The notes below the pieces were generated by a model. The model saw only the letters and a list, made by a program, of their open reading frames with translations, searched no databases and was not told the DNA's origin. 64,000 bases of DNA, taken from Salinispira sp. GTDB lineage: Bacteria; Spirochaetota; Spirochaetia; DSM-27196; Salinispiraceae. The DNA is taken from assembly GCA_965226555.1 (NCBI GenBank), contig CBDDDG010000010.1:1-64000 (forward strand), in the 5' to 3' direction. The stretch's first letter is position 1. Every line of letters starts with the position of its first letter. The translations under genes were made by a program, and so were the position numbers. This document shows positions 21,584 to 31,321 of this stretch, one piece after another.

Positions 21584-22984
21584 TCATTTTTTCTGTTCCG
21601 CTTCCCTGCCTAATTTGAGCAGAATGGGCAGTGCCATGGCAGAGGAAAACACTGCGGAGATGAGTTCGCCGATGGGCAGCGCCAGCCAGATGCCGAAGAT
21701 TCCGAGGAAGGATGGGAGAATGATGATGAGGGGCAGCATGAAGAACAATATGCGGGAAACCGCCACAAGGAGCCCGCGCATCGGCATGCCTATTGCCTGA
21801 TGCAGCCCCGAAGAAACCAGGTTGATAATGATCAGCGGACTACATAGAAACACAATGCGGAAGCCCCTCGCTGCCATGCTGACAAAGCGGGGTTCGGGGT
21901 TAAAGAGACTGGCCAGGGGCTCGGCAAATATCTGCACAAGAATAACGGCGCCGTAACACATAATGAGCGTCAGTCCAACCGTCTGAACGACAATTGCTTT
22001 GACCCGCTCCGGTTTCTGCGCTCCATAATTATACGATGCTATTGGCAGAAATGCCTGATTAATACCAAAGACCGGCAGTGCAATGAGCCCGAGCACGCGG
22101 AAAATAACCGCAACAACCGCGAGTCCCTCTTCCCCGCCCACGAGAAGCGCCTGCCGATTCATGAAAAAGCCCAGCAACACCACCGAAGCAGTGCGCGTTG
22201 AGGCCGGCAGACCAATGCGGATAATTTCCCCCGCAGCCGTCCGCCTCCTGAGCCCGCTGCCCCGCCGGGCAAAGATGCCGCGGACAAGCGCGCGCAGGGC
22301 TGCCGCGATACTCACTATATTTAGCCGGAGGGCGCCGGAGGGCCTGAGAAAAGATATCAGCAAAATCAGCATTCCAATTATCTGAGCAATGAAGGTTGCC
22401 AGAGCAACACCGATGACCGCCAGATCAAAAACACTAATGAACAGCCAGTCCAGAAAAATATTCAGCACACTGGAGAAGGCAAGGGCGAAAAACCCGATTG
22501 ATCCCCTTCCCTCGGCATAGACAATGTTATTGAGCGCGAGACTGCCGATAACGAAGGGCGAAGCAAGTGAAATTATGAAAAAATATTGACGGGCATACAG
22601 CGATTCGCTGCCGAGAACCCTCACCCAGAAGGGCGTGAGGGGCGCGAATAGAAGCGCAATTGCCGCGCCGAAGGCAAAAATAAGCAGTACCGCAGCGCCG
22701 AAGAAACGCTGCGCGGACAGCCGCGCACCAGCTCCGAGACAGCGCGAAATGAGCGCTGCCCCGCCCGTGCCAATGAGGATGGCAATGCTGATGAGAAAAA
22801 TAAAAAACGGAAAAATCACCCCTACCGCAGCAAGCCCTGCCGTTCCGACATAGCGCCCGACAAAGAGGGAATCGACCACATTATAGGTTGCATTAATAAA
22901 AAGACTGCTCATTGCAGGCAAGGAAAGCCGGATGAGCACAGCCAATGTCGGATCTGTACCCAACCTCTCTACTCGCTTGTTCAA
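21584..22984 (-). CDS. MATE family efflux transporter
   Basis: YNVVDSLFVGRYVG, LNIFLDWLFI, SYNYGAQK; about 12 TM segments. Confidence 0.92.
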   Translation of the reverse strand: MNKRVERLGTDPTLAVLIRLSLPAMSSLFINATYNVVDSLFVGRYVGTAGLAAVGVIFPFFIFLISIAILIGTGGAALISRCLGAGARLSAQRFFGAAVLLIFAFGAAIALLFAPLTPFWVRVLGSESLYARQYFFIISLASPFVIGSLALNNIVYAEGRGSIGFFALAFSSVLNIFLDWLFISVFDLAVIGVALATFIAQIIGMLILLISFLRPSGALRLNIVSIAAALRALVRGIFARRGSGLRRRTAAGEIIRIGLPASTRTASVVLLGFFMNRQALLVGGEEGLAVVAVIFRVLGLIALPVFGINQAFLPIASYNYGAQKPERVKAIVVQTVGLTLIMCYGAVILVQIFAEPLASLFNPEPRFVSMAARGFRIVFLCSPLIIINLVSSGLHQAIGMPMRGLLVAVSRILFFMLPLIIILPSFLGIFGIWLALPIGELISAVFSSAMALPILLKLGREAEQKK

Positions 22985-23063
22985 GATATCTCCCGCAACC
23001 TGCGCCGCCCTGCGACCACCGCCGCGCCAGCAATAGCCTGCGCAGCCCAGCGACCACCCCAGC

Positions 23064-25718
23064 CTATCGGTTCTTCAACACTGCCTGAGCAGATGCAAGG
23101 CGCGCAACCGGAACACGGAAGGGCGAACAGCTCACATAGTTCATACCCTCTTTGTAGCAGAACTCAACCGAAGTCGGTTCACCGCCATGCTCACCGCATA
23201 TACCAATTTTGAGCGCAGGTTTGACGCTCCTGCCTTTGCGGATTCCCATACTGACCAGCTGACCGATCCCTTCCTGATCCAGTCTGGCAAAGGGATCATC
23301 TTCGAGAATACCATCCTCAATATACTGGGGAAGAAAACTGCCGACATCGTCCCGGCTGAATCCGTAGGTCATCTGGGTGAGGTCATTTGTGCCGAAGCTG
23401 AAAAAATCGGCATACTTGGCCAGCTTATCGGCAATAAGGGTTGCGCGGGGAATTTCGATCATCGTCCCAATGAGGTAGTCGACTTTGACTCCGGTTTCCG
23501 CGATTACCGACTGGGCAACGTCTTTCACATGCCCATGCATGATCTTCAGCTCCCGCACATGCCCGACAAGCGGAATCATAATCTCAGGATAGACCGTGAT
23601 CCCCTTCTTTGCAGCATCGCAGGCTGCGCGCATAATGGCTTCGGCCTGCATACGGTATACTTCAGGATAGGTAATACCTAAACGAACACCTCTATGGCCA
23701 AGCATGGGGTTAGACTCATGGAGCGATTGAATTTTACTGCGGAGAAATTCGGGTGAAATACCGCCAATTTTCGCAAGTTCGGTTATCTGAGCATCTTCGG
23801 TGGGTACAAATTCATGGAGGGGCGGATCAAGAAGACGGATAGTAACAGGAAAGCCGTCCATCGCCTCAAAAATACCGGTGAAATCTTTCTGCTGAAGAGG
23901 CAGGAGCTTGGCGAGAGCCTTCGTACGCGCCTGTTCATCGGAAGCCACAATCATCTCCCTGAATATTCTGATCTTGTCTTCTTCAAAAAACATGTGTTCG
24001 GTACGGCAAAGACCAATTCCCTCGGCGCCGAACTCCCGCGCCCGTTTGGTATCGGCGGGTGTATCGGCATTCGTGCGGATTCCAAAACCCTTCAGTCCTG
24101 AGCGTCGGCTCGCGTTGCGCACTTCATCGGACCATGCAAGAAAGGTATTCAGCTCTCCACTGAGCTCAGGTTCCTGCAGTTCCAGTTTTCCCGTGAAAAC
24201 TTCACCGCTGGAGCCATCGAGGGTTATCCAGTCGCCTTCATTATATTTCTTGCTCCCAATGGTCATTACTTTGCCCTGTATGCGGGCATCCTTACAGCCG
24301 GCAATACAGGGAGTTCCCATTCCGCGGGCAACAACCGCAGCGTGGCTGGTCATGCCGCCGGTGGAGGTAAGAATACCCTGTGCAACGTTCATTCCGCCAA
24401 TGTCTTCGGGGCTGGTTTCAGGACGCACAAGAATAACCTGCTTACCTCCTGCTGCCCATTCCTCAGCTTCATCGGCGCTGAACACAATCTGACCTGTTGC
24501 AGCTCCCGGGCTGGCATTCAGCCCCTTGGTAACCGCCTTCATTTTCTTCTTCTCGGCGGGGTTGATGGCAGGATGAAAAACCTGTTCGAGCTGTTCGGGT
24601 GCCACCCGGTTCAGCCCCTCTTCCTTGCTGATGAGCCCCTCGCTCACCATATCTACCGCTACTTTTATGGCCGCGGCGCCGGTTCGTTTGCCGTTGCGGG
24701 TCTGAAGAATATAGAGCTTTCCTTCCTGAATGGTAAACTCCATATCCTGCATGTCGCGGTAGTGTTTTTCCAAACGATTCTTTACATCTACCAATTCCTG
24801 ATAAATCTTCGGATCCTTCTCTTGTAAGGTACTTATTTCGTCTGGCGTGCGGATGCCCGCAACAACATCTTCTCCCTGAGCATTCATGAGAAATTCTCCG
24901 TAGAAAACTTTTTCACCGGTAGAGGGGTCGCGGGAAAAGCAGACACCTGTTCCGCTGTCATCTCCAAAATTACCAAATACCATGGCAACAACATTCACCG
25001 CGGTACCGAGGAGATCTTTTATGTCACTAATTTGACGATATTTTATGGCCTTCGGACTGTTCCATGAACCAAATACGGCATCAATAGCCATCCAGAGCTG
25101 ATCCAGCGGATTCTGCGGAAAATTTTCGCCGGTATGTTTTTTGTAGAGTTCTTTATAGAGACGGACAACTTCCTTGAGATCATCCGCATTCAGATCAACA
25201 TCGTTTTCGACGTTTTTACCTTCCTTGACCCTGTTCATCTCATGCTCAAAATCTTCATGGGGCATGCCCTTTACGACATTTCCATACATATTGATAAAAC
25301 GCCGATAGCTGTCCCAGGCAAGCCGTTCATTCCCGGTGCTCTTGTGGAGTCCGTGTACCGATTCATCGTTCAAACCAAGATTCAGTATGGTGTCCATCAT
25401 CCCCGGCATGGAAACAGCGGCTCCTGAACGAACAGAAACAAGCAGCGGAGAATCCTTATCTCCAAGCTTCTTACCTGCCGTCTGTTCCAGCCTTCTGAGC
25501 TGTTTATTCACCTCTTTTATGAGTGCAGGAGAATTCTTCCTGCCGTTTGTATAATACTCATCACACATCTTTGTGGTAATGGTAAATCCAGGTGGGACTG
25601 GAATACCAAGATTGGTCATTTCTGCCAAATTGGCACCCTTCCCGCCAAGAAGTTCCTTCATTTTTGCGGAACCTTCGGCTTTTCCGCCGCCCCAAAAATA
25701 TACTCGTTTTTCTCCCAT
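23064..25718 (-). CDS. ppdK: Pyruvate, phosphate dikinase
   Basis: LLGGKGANLAEM, VSVRSGA, GGMTSHAAVVARG, GIGLCRTEHMF, FSFGTNDLTQ; start at MGEKRV after AGGAGG. Confidence 0.97.
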   Translation of the reverse strand: MGEKRVYFWGGGKAEGSAKMKELLGGKGANLAEMTNLGIPVPPGFTITTKMCDEYYTNGRKNSPALIKEVNKQLRRLEQTAGKKLGDKDSPLLVSVRSGAAVSMPGMMDTILNLGLNDESVHGLHKSTGNERLAWDSYRRFINMYGNVVKGMPHEDFEHEMNRVKEGKNVENDVDLNADDLKEVVRLYKELYKKHTGENFPQNPLDQLWMAIDAVFGSWNSPKAIKYRQISDIKDLLGTAVNVVAMVFGNFGDDSGTGVCFSRDPSTGEKVFYGEFLMNAQGEDVVAGIRTPDEISTLQEKDPKIYQELVDVKNRLEKHYRDMQDMEFTIQEGKLYILQTRNGKRTGAAAIKVAVDMVSEGLISKEEGLNRVAPEQLEQVFHPAINPAEKKKMKAVTKGLNASPGAATGQIVFSADEAEEWAAGGKQVILVRPETSPEDIGGMNVAQGILTSTGGMTSHAAVVARGMGTPCIAGCKDARIQGKVMTIGSKKYNEGDWITLDGSSGEVFTGKLELQEPELSGELNTFLAWSDEVRNASRRSGLKGFGIRTNADTPADTKRAREFGAEGIGLCRTEHMFFEEDKIRIFREMIVASDEQARTKALAKLLPLQQKDFTGIFEAMDGFPVTIRLLDPPLHEFVPTEDAQITELAKIGGISPEFLRSKIQSLHESNPMLGHRGVRLGITYPEVYRMQAEAIMRAACDAAKKGITVYPEIMIPLVGHVRELKIMHGHVKDVAQSVIAETGVKVDYLIGTMIEIPRATLIADKLAKYADFFSFGTNDLTQMTYGFSRDDVGSFLPQYIEDGILEDDPFARLDQEGIGQLVSMGIRKGRSVKPALKIGICGEHGGEPTSVEFCYKEGMNYVSCSPFRVPVARLASAQAVLKNR

Positions 25719-25745
25719 GTGCAGATCCTCCTGATAGATTTCTGA

Positions 25746-25800
25746 TAGAAATTTTTGCATTGGAAAATTGTGCTTGCACAATTTCCAGTAGCAAACCTTT
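25746..25800 (-). repeat. Partial copy (hairpin B) of the dispersed repeat, immediately upstream of the ppdK RBS
   Basis: Reverse-complement match to 20414-20468. Confidence 0.85.
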
Positions 25801-25916
25801 GTGTTATTATTTTAACAGAGCATAATGTGTTTTGCCCTGCGTGTCAATCGTAATAGGGATAATGGGGCGCATTTAAAACGGAAGTCAGAAAAGTGAACGA
25901 TGCGCAAAAATACTTG

Positions 25917-26043
25917 AAAGTTTTGCAAAATGCAAAACTTTCTACAAAATGCGAGAATGCTAAGCACAAAGAAAGCATTCCAGATCGGAAACTTTTGCTA
26001 CTGGAAATTGTGCAAGCACAATTTTCCAATGCAAAAGTTTCTA
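25917..26043 (+). repeat. 127-bp dispersed repeat, full copy 2
   Basis: Near-identical to 11916-12042. Confidence 0.9.
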
Positions 26044-26083
26044 CTTGAACAAAAACTGACATTCGGATACATTCATCTATAAC

Positions 26084-26211
26084 AAAGTTTTGCAAAATGC
26101 AAAACTTTCTATAAAATAGGAGAATGCTAAGCACAAAGAAAGCATTCCAGATCGGAAACTTTTGCTACTGGAAATTGTGCTCTGCACAATTTTCCAATGC
26201 AAAAGTTTCTA
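26084..26211 (+). repeat. 128-bp dispersed repeat, full copy 3
   Basis: Near-identical to 11916-12042. Confidence 0.9.
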
Positions 26212-26252
26212 TAAGTGAGGTTGCTGTGCAACAATCTCAAATAGGAGGAAAA

Positions 26253-26711
26253 ATGGAAGTAGTATCACTTCTGATATCAATAATTGTATTGATTGTTTTG
26301 GTAATAAGTTTATTTAACAATGCTTTTTCTCAAAGCAGAAATAATGTAAAGGAAGATATTCGCCAATCAAGAATCGATACAAAAGAAGACATTCGCTATG
26401 TGTTGACGGAACTACATACAATTAAAAACGAATTAGGCATTATTAAACATGAAATAGGTAATATGAAAGTAGATGCTGCAATACTGAAGGGGACGGTGGA
26501 AAATATTCAAAAAGAAGTGTCCACTATGAGAGAAAAGCTGGATAAAACAGACAAGGAAATAGAAACTATTAAGAGAGATATTAATGACATAAAAAAGGAA
26601 AATGAAAAAAGTTTTCAATTAAACTTATTTTCTTCCTCAAAGCATCAGCATGCCCATTTAACCGCTCCCGATAATGATGCTTCTGCAATAGATTCTCATT
26701 CTGAAAAATAA
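26253..26711 (+). CDS. Membrane-anchored coiled-coil protein
   Basis: AGGAGG RBS; N-terminal TM helix then heptad repeats (IKNELGI-IKHEIGN-MKVDAAI). Confidence 0.7.
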   Translation: MEVVSLLISIIVLIVLVISLFNNAFSQSRNNVKEDIRQSRIDTKEDIRYVLTELHTIKNELGIIKHEIGNMKVDAAILKGTVENIQKEVSTMREKLDKTDKEIETIKRDINDIKKENEKSFQLNLFSSSKHQHAHLTAPDNDASAIDSHSEK

Positions 26712-26998
26712 ATTGATTCAATGTGCAACGGCATCATTATATCTGACATTATCCCACCCTGTCATCAGTTGCTATGTGAACAACGAGAAAATTTTCCACT
26801 GAGGATTTTCTCACCTATATTCGTGATCTGCAATCATCAACACATCACAAAATTCCTGAGTATTTTACTCACTAAGAAACTTTGCGTCAAGCAAACATTT
26901 CAATCTTACTGAAACCGTTACTCCAGTATACCAGATCGGAGTCTCAACTTTGTAATCTGGTCTTTACAGAAACTGCAAACCCACATAGAATAGCACCA

Positions 26999-27628
26999 AT
27001 GGAATGGAACAAGCTATTCTCAAACCCTTACAAGGAAAAAATTCTCAGAATACTTCCAACACTTTTCAATATGGTTGAATTGGAAAATCGTCGGGGAAAA
27101 AAGCTGGGGATGGAAGTGGGAACAGCACGGGAAAGAGTATTAATAGCGCTGCTCATGTATGTTTATGGGAATGATCAGGTAATCTTCCCGCCTTCCACTT
27201 CCCATGAAATGGATGTCCGCGTCTGCGGAAGATCTCTGTCAATTAAAACAAAATCAAACCCGGGCTATGGAAATGTTAAATTAGTTTGGACTGTTGACTG
27301 GAATAGGGTTGATACTTTTGTTAAAAATTACATGCCGTCGAGTGATCTTCTGTATGTTAATATCATCTGGGATAATGACGGTGGATTTTTTCTTATTCCT
27401 CAAGAAGTACAGCAGGAAGCGCTTAAACAACTTGGCAGGGATAGTTTCTTCAAATTACCGAAGCGCAATACAAACCCCCGGGGAGTTGAGCTCTCGTCAA
27501 GCAGCATGAAATATATGCAGGAACATAGTGATACCTTATCACTGAACATACACTGGCAACGGGATAAAACCCTGTTGAAAGAACGGGCACTGTATCATCG
27601 TTGGATTGAACTCTGGGATTCCTTATGA
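26999..27628 (+). CDS. ThaI-family type II restriction endonuclease
   Basis: ELENRRGKKLGMEVGTARERVLIALL...EMDV...LSIKT...VKLVWTVD...TNPRGVE recalled as the ThaI family signature; coupled to a methyltransferase. Confidence 0.75.
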   Translation: MEWNKLFSNPYKEKILRILPTLFNMVELENRRGKKLGMEVGTARERVLIALLMYVYGNDQVIFPPSTSHEMDVRVCGRSLSIKTKSNPGYGNVKLVWTVDWNRVDTFVKNYMPSSDLLYVNIIWDNDGGFFLIPQEVQQEALKQLGRDSFFKLPKRNTNPRGVELSSSSMKYMQEHSDTLSLNIHWQRDKTLLKERALYHRWIELWDSL

Positions 27629-28503
27629 GCAGCAAAACTTCTTCCTTTGGCACCACGAGCCGATCGGGTCATGACTCAGGCAGATTTTACGGCAGAAAGC
27701 TCTACGCCGATGAGCGGAATCAGTCTGGTCAGTCAGGTGCGCAAGCACCCGCAGCAGAGAATGCGCCGCCCGAACTCAACATCATATATAATGAGGACAG
27801 CCGGAACATGTCCGCCCTGCCGGACGGTTCCGTGCATCTCATGATCACCTCCCCGCCCTACAATGTCGGCAAGGACTACGATGACGATCTCAGCCTTACA
27901 GAATACAGGGAACTTCTCGCTGGGGTTATGAGCGAGACCTTCAGGGTCTTAACCGATGGCGGACGGGCCTGCATCAATATCGCAAATATCGGCAGAAGCC
28001 CGTACATACCGCTCCATGCCCTTGTCATTGAAATTGCTGCCGCCTGCGGTTTTCTCATGCGGGGAGAGATAATTTGGGATAAGGGAGCAAGCGCAGGCAG
28101 TTCCTGCGCCTGGGGAAGCTGGCAGTCTGCAAGCAACCCGACTCTGCGGGATGTACACGAGTACATTCTCATTTTCTCCAGAGGAAGATATGCGCGGCAT
28201 CCGGTAAAGGAAAATTCCATTGGGAGAGATGCCTTCCTTGAGAGCACAAAGAGTATCTGGCGCTTTCCCGCTGTCAGCGCCAAACGGGTCGGGCATCCTG
28301 CCCCCTTTCCGGTGGAACTGCCGCTGCGCCTCATTCACCTCTATTCTTATGTAGGAGACATTATACTCGACCCCTTTATGGGATCGGGCAGCACTGCCTT
28401 GGCATCCTTACAGACAGGGCGGCATTACATCGGCTACGAGGTCGACCCCGCATATATTACACTGACCCGGGAAAGAATCTGGGCAGACTCTCCATTGTTC
28501 TAA
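27625..28503 (+). CDS. Site-specific DNA methyltransferase (N4C/N6A, beta class)
   Basis: ITSPPYN, HPAPFP, LDPFMGSGST; ATGA overlap with the endonuclease gene. Confidence 0.92.
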   Translation: MSSKTSSFGTTSRSGHDSGRFYGRKLYADERNQSGQSGAQAPAAENAPPELNIIYNEDSRNMSALPDGSVHLMITSPPYNVGKDYDDDLSLTEYRELLAGVMSETFRVLTDGGRACINIANIGRSPYIPLHALVIEIAAACGFLMRGEIIWDKGASAGSSCAWGSWQSASNPTLRDVHEYILIFSRGRYARHPVKENSIGRDAFLESTKSIWRFPAVSAKRVGHPAPFPVELPLRLIHLYSYVGDIILDPFMGSGSTALASLQTGRHYIGYEVDPAYITLTRERIWADSPLF

Positions 28504-29567
28504 GGAAGTGTTCTCATTACTCTCCGAACTGTTTCCATGTCCTGTTTGCGCATATTCGGATAGAAGGGCACACGTACTGTTCCCAGAGCAAAATTTGTGC
28601 TTTCAGGATACTGTTCAGCAGGAGGGGTTTCTCCATCGCTGTGTACATCATCGGATGTGAGCATGTTATGTATTATGGAACGGGCAAAGGCAGGACGCAT
28701 CTCAATGCCGTTTTTTGTGCCGTAGGCAATAACATCCTGCATGGGGCTTTTGAGCAGGATGGTCAACAGAGCCACAGAATCTTCAGGCAGGAGAAAGCGG
28801 TGTGGAATTTTTATGTATCGGAACAATTCAAGAATATCCGCACGCGCGGCCAGTAATTTCTCGAGCTGCTTCAGTTGAGTAAGCCCGAGAGCGGCATTCA
28901 TATCGGAAAGATAAATGTCCTCAGACCACAGGGAAAGTATCTGTCGAAACTTGGCGGTTCGCTCTTTGGTTTTCCGATTTTTTCCATGGCTGATAGCAAC
29001 AAAGATACCGCCGCCAGCCGTTATCAGATCGTCAGATTCAAGATTGATAAAACAGATATCGCCCCGATACTTTTGGAATTTTTCCTCCCGATCTCTCAGA
29101 GGAGAAATAATTCTGCTGATATCCTGAATACAGGGGATATTCTGCTTTTCAAGCATTTCCATGTCCGGCAGGAAGCCCAGATGCGGTTCGACAATAACCG
29201 CCTGCACCGGATTTTCAGCATGTGCGCGCGCCAGAATGTCCATATCCATGGCGGGAACATCAGGCCGGCTGTCAATATACACTGGTTCGAGCGATAATGC
29301 CCGCATTGCATAAAAGGAGCTTCGGTCACTCAATGGCGACAGGGCAACTCTGCTCCCTGCCTGAAGATTGAGGGTACGCAGCGCAAGTTCAAGCCCCCGC
29401 AGGCGCTCTCTGAGCAAAGTACCTTCTGCGCAGGCAGTCAGTGTGAGCAAGCCGCGCGTCAGGTTCTGCGCCTCAGCGCCCGCATCAATCTTCTCTGAAA
29501 CCAGACATGTAAGAACGGCATTCATATCGCTGCGCCGAATTGACGGACGAAATACCGGTATCTGCAT
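28500..29567 (-). CDS. DegT/DnrJ/EryC1/StrS aminotransferase-like protein (divergent)
   Basis: IPVFRPSI, LEPVYID, LITAGGG, LSDMNAALGLTQLKQL, VPFYPNM. Confidence 0.8.
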   Translation of the reverse strand: MQIPVFRPSIRRSDMNAVLTCLVSEKIDAGAEAQNLTRGLLTLTACAEGTLLRERLRGLELALRTLNLQAGSRVALSPLSDRSSFYAMRALSLEPVYIDSRPDVPAMDMDILARAHAENPVQAVIVEPHLGFLPDMEMLEKQNIPCIQDISRIISPLRDREEKFQKYRGDICFINLESDDLITAGGGIFVAISHGKNRKTKERTAKFRQILSLWSEDIYLSDMNAALGLTQLKQLEKLLAARADILELFRYIKIPHRFLLPEDSVALLTILLKSPMQDVIAYGTKNGIEMRPAFARSIIHNMLTSDDVHSDGETPPAEQYPESTNFALGTVRVPFYPNMRKQDMETVRRVMRTLP

Positions 29568-29570
29568 ACG

Positions 29571-30986
29571 CTAAACCTCCCCCCCATCGCCGTTTTCGCC
29601 GTCCGATCCGCCATCGCAGCCATCGCCGCCATCGCAGCAAACACGGCGCGCGCCTTCAGAAGGGATCATAAGATTGAACTCTGCTGTAATCCCCTCTTTC
29701 CGGCAGTGCTCGTCAATCTGCGCCCGAAGATCAGCAGCCCGATTCTCATGCACCATGGCAATAATACTGCCGCCGAATCCTCCGCCGCTCAGACGAGCCC
29801 CGAGAGCGCCGGCTTCCCGGGAAGCATTAACAAGAATATCCAGCTCCGGCGCTGAATTTTCAAAATTCACCCGAGATGATTCGTGCGATTGAAACATGAG
29901 TTCACCAAATGCTTCTATATTCCCATCTTCGAGAAAGGTAAGCCCCCGCTCAACCCGATCAATTTCCTCAATAATGTGCGCCGCCCGCCTGCCCGCCTCA
30001 TCCGGCAGCCGCGCCCGCAGCTCACGAAACCTCTCCAGCCCGACCTCCCGCAGCGAAAAGCCCGATGAGGCTGAAGCGCGCCCTCCGACCCCTGCGGCGC
30101 GCCCTCCGACCCCTGCGGCGCACCCTCCGACCCCTGCGGCGCGCCCAGCACCCCCGCCGATCCTGCCAATATCGCCAGCGGCCTCAGCGCCCCAGCCGGT
30201 CAGTTTCTCCAGAATTGCAGCAGCAGTCTCACAGCTTTTCCGCCGTTCGTTATAGGGAGAATTCGCAAGGCTGTGGCGCAGCTCGGGTGTAATGAGGAGA
30301 AAGCCGATATCCTGAGGAATTCTGACCCGGAATACTGTGTTATCACGGAAATCTGAATGAATGAGATGATGTTTTTCGCCGAATATACTGCTGAACTGAT
30401 CGAGCAGTCCGGTCATACTGCCGACAAAACAATGCTCCGCAGCCTGACACATTTTCGCTGTCTCAACCGGATCAAGTTCAATACCCAACATGGATTGAGC
30501 TGCATAAGATGCCGACACCTCAAGAGCTGCGGAACTTGAAAGACCGGAACCCAAGGGTACGGTACCGTAAAAACTACAATTCCAGCCCTCAATACCGCGC
30601 CCGCTTTCAGACTGATATTTCTCAGATCGATATTTCTCAGCCAGATAGTATAACACCCCGCGCACATAGCCCGCCCAGTCATGCCCGGGCACCGGCGCAA
30701 TCTCACTAAGATCAAATTCAGCCCTGTCGTCAAGGTTCCCCGCATACACATGCAGCATAGCGGCGCAAGTGCCGGCGCCGGGCTCGGCACCATCACCACT
30801 GGCACCGCCAGCAGAAATTGCAAAACAGGCGCCCATATCAATAGCAGCAGAAAGTACGGTGCCCTTATTATAATCTGTATGGTTGCCCAGAATCTCAACG
30901 CGTCCGGGAGCATAGGCCATGGCCTGCGGCGGGCATCCGTACACTCTGCGGTGAATACCGCCGGTTATTCCTGCAAGCTCTTCCAT
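29571..30986 (-). CDS. galK: Galactokinase
   Basis: APGRVEILGNHTDYN, VPLGSGLSSSAA, GLLDQ, YNERR, GARLSGGGFGGS. Confidence 0.92.
   Translation of the reverse strand: MEELAGITGGIHRRVYGCPPQAMAYAPGRVEILGNHTDYNKGTVLSAAIDMGACFAISAGGASGDGAEPGAGTCAAMLHVYAGNLDDRAEFDLSEIAPVPGHDWAGYVRGVLYYLAEKYRSEKYQSESGRGIEGWNCSFYGTVPLGSGLSSSAALEVSASYAAQSMLGIELDPVETAKMCQAAEHCFVGSMTGLLDQFSSIFGEKHHLIHSDFRDNTVFRVRIPQDIGFLLITPELRHSLANSPYNERRKSCETAAAILEKLTGWGAEAAGDIGRIGGGAGRAAGVGGCAAGVGGRAAGVGGRASASSGFSLREVGLERFRELRARLPDEAGRRAAHIIEEIDRVERGLTFLEDGNIEAFGELMFQSHESSRVNFENSAPELDILVNASREAGALGARLSGGGFGGSIIAMVHENRAADLRAQIDEHCRKEGITAEFNLMIPSEGARRVCCDGGDGCDGGSDGENGDGGEV
30076..30146. repeat. 21-bp in-frame tandem repeat x3.4 inside galK
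   Basis: Unit gcgc(g/a)ccctccgacccctgcg, encoding GRAAGVG. Confidence 0.9.
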
Positions 30987-30993
30987 GAAGCCA

Positions 30994-31287
30994 TTATACC
31001 GTCAGAATGGAGGGCGTCAACCTGATGTACCACAGAAAACCGTTAAGTGCGAGGACGATAATCAGCAGAACGCCGATAATCATGATGTCCCTACTAAAAT
31101 GCGACAGCTGCCGGGCGGTGAAATCCCGAAAAATATCTTTTGAAACGCTGACCGCAATTTTCTGGAGGAAGGGCGGAAGTTTTTTGAACCTCCGATAGTA
31201 ACTCATCATCACGGAGATGATCTGAATGAGATTATAGATGTTGAAACAGGTCAGAAGAATAAGATAAACAGAGAATATGTTGATCAT
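30994..31287 (-). CDS. Small membrane protein (two TM segments)
   Basis: 97-aa ORF co-oriented with and packed between its neighbours. Confidence 0.6.
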   Translation of the reverse strand: MINIFSVYLILLTCFNIYNLIQIISVMMSYYRRFKKLPPFLQKIAVSVSKDIFRDFTARQLSHFSRDIMIIGVLLIIVLALNGFLWYIRLTPSILTV

Positions 31288-31321
31288 GCGGCAGTCGCAA
31301 CAATGTGCTCAACTCTCATAT

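Noticed and set aside
27068..27080. ATGGTTGAATT as another boundary motif
   Set aside because: Inside the endonuclease CDS, opposite orientation, no flanking similarity; likely chance.
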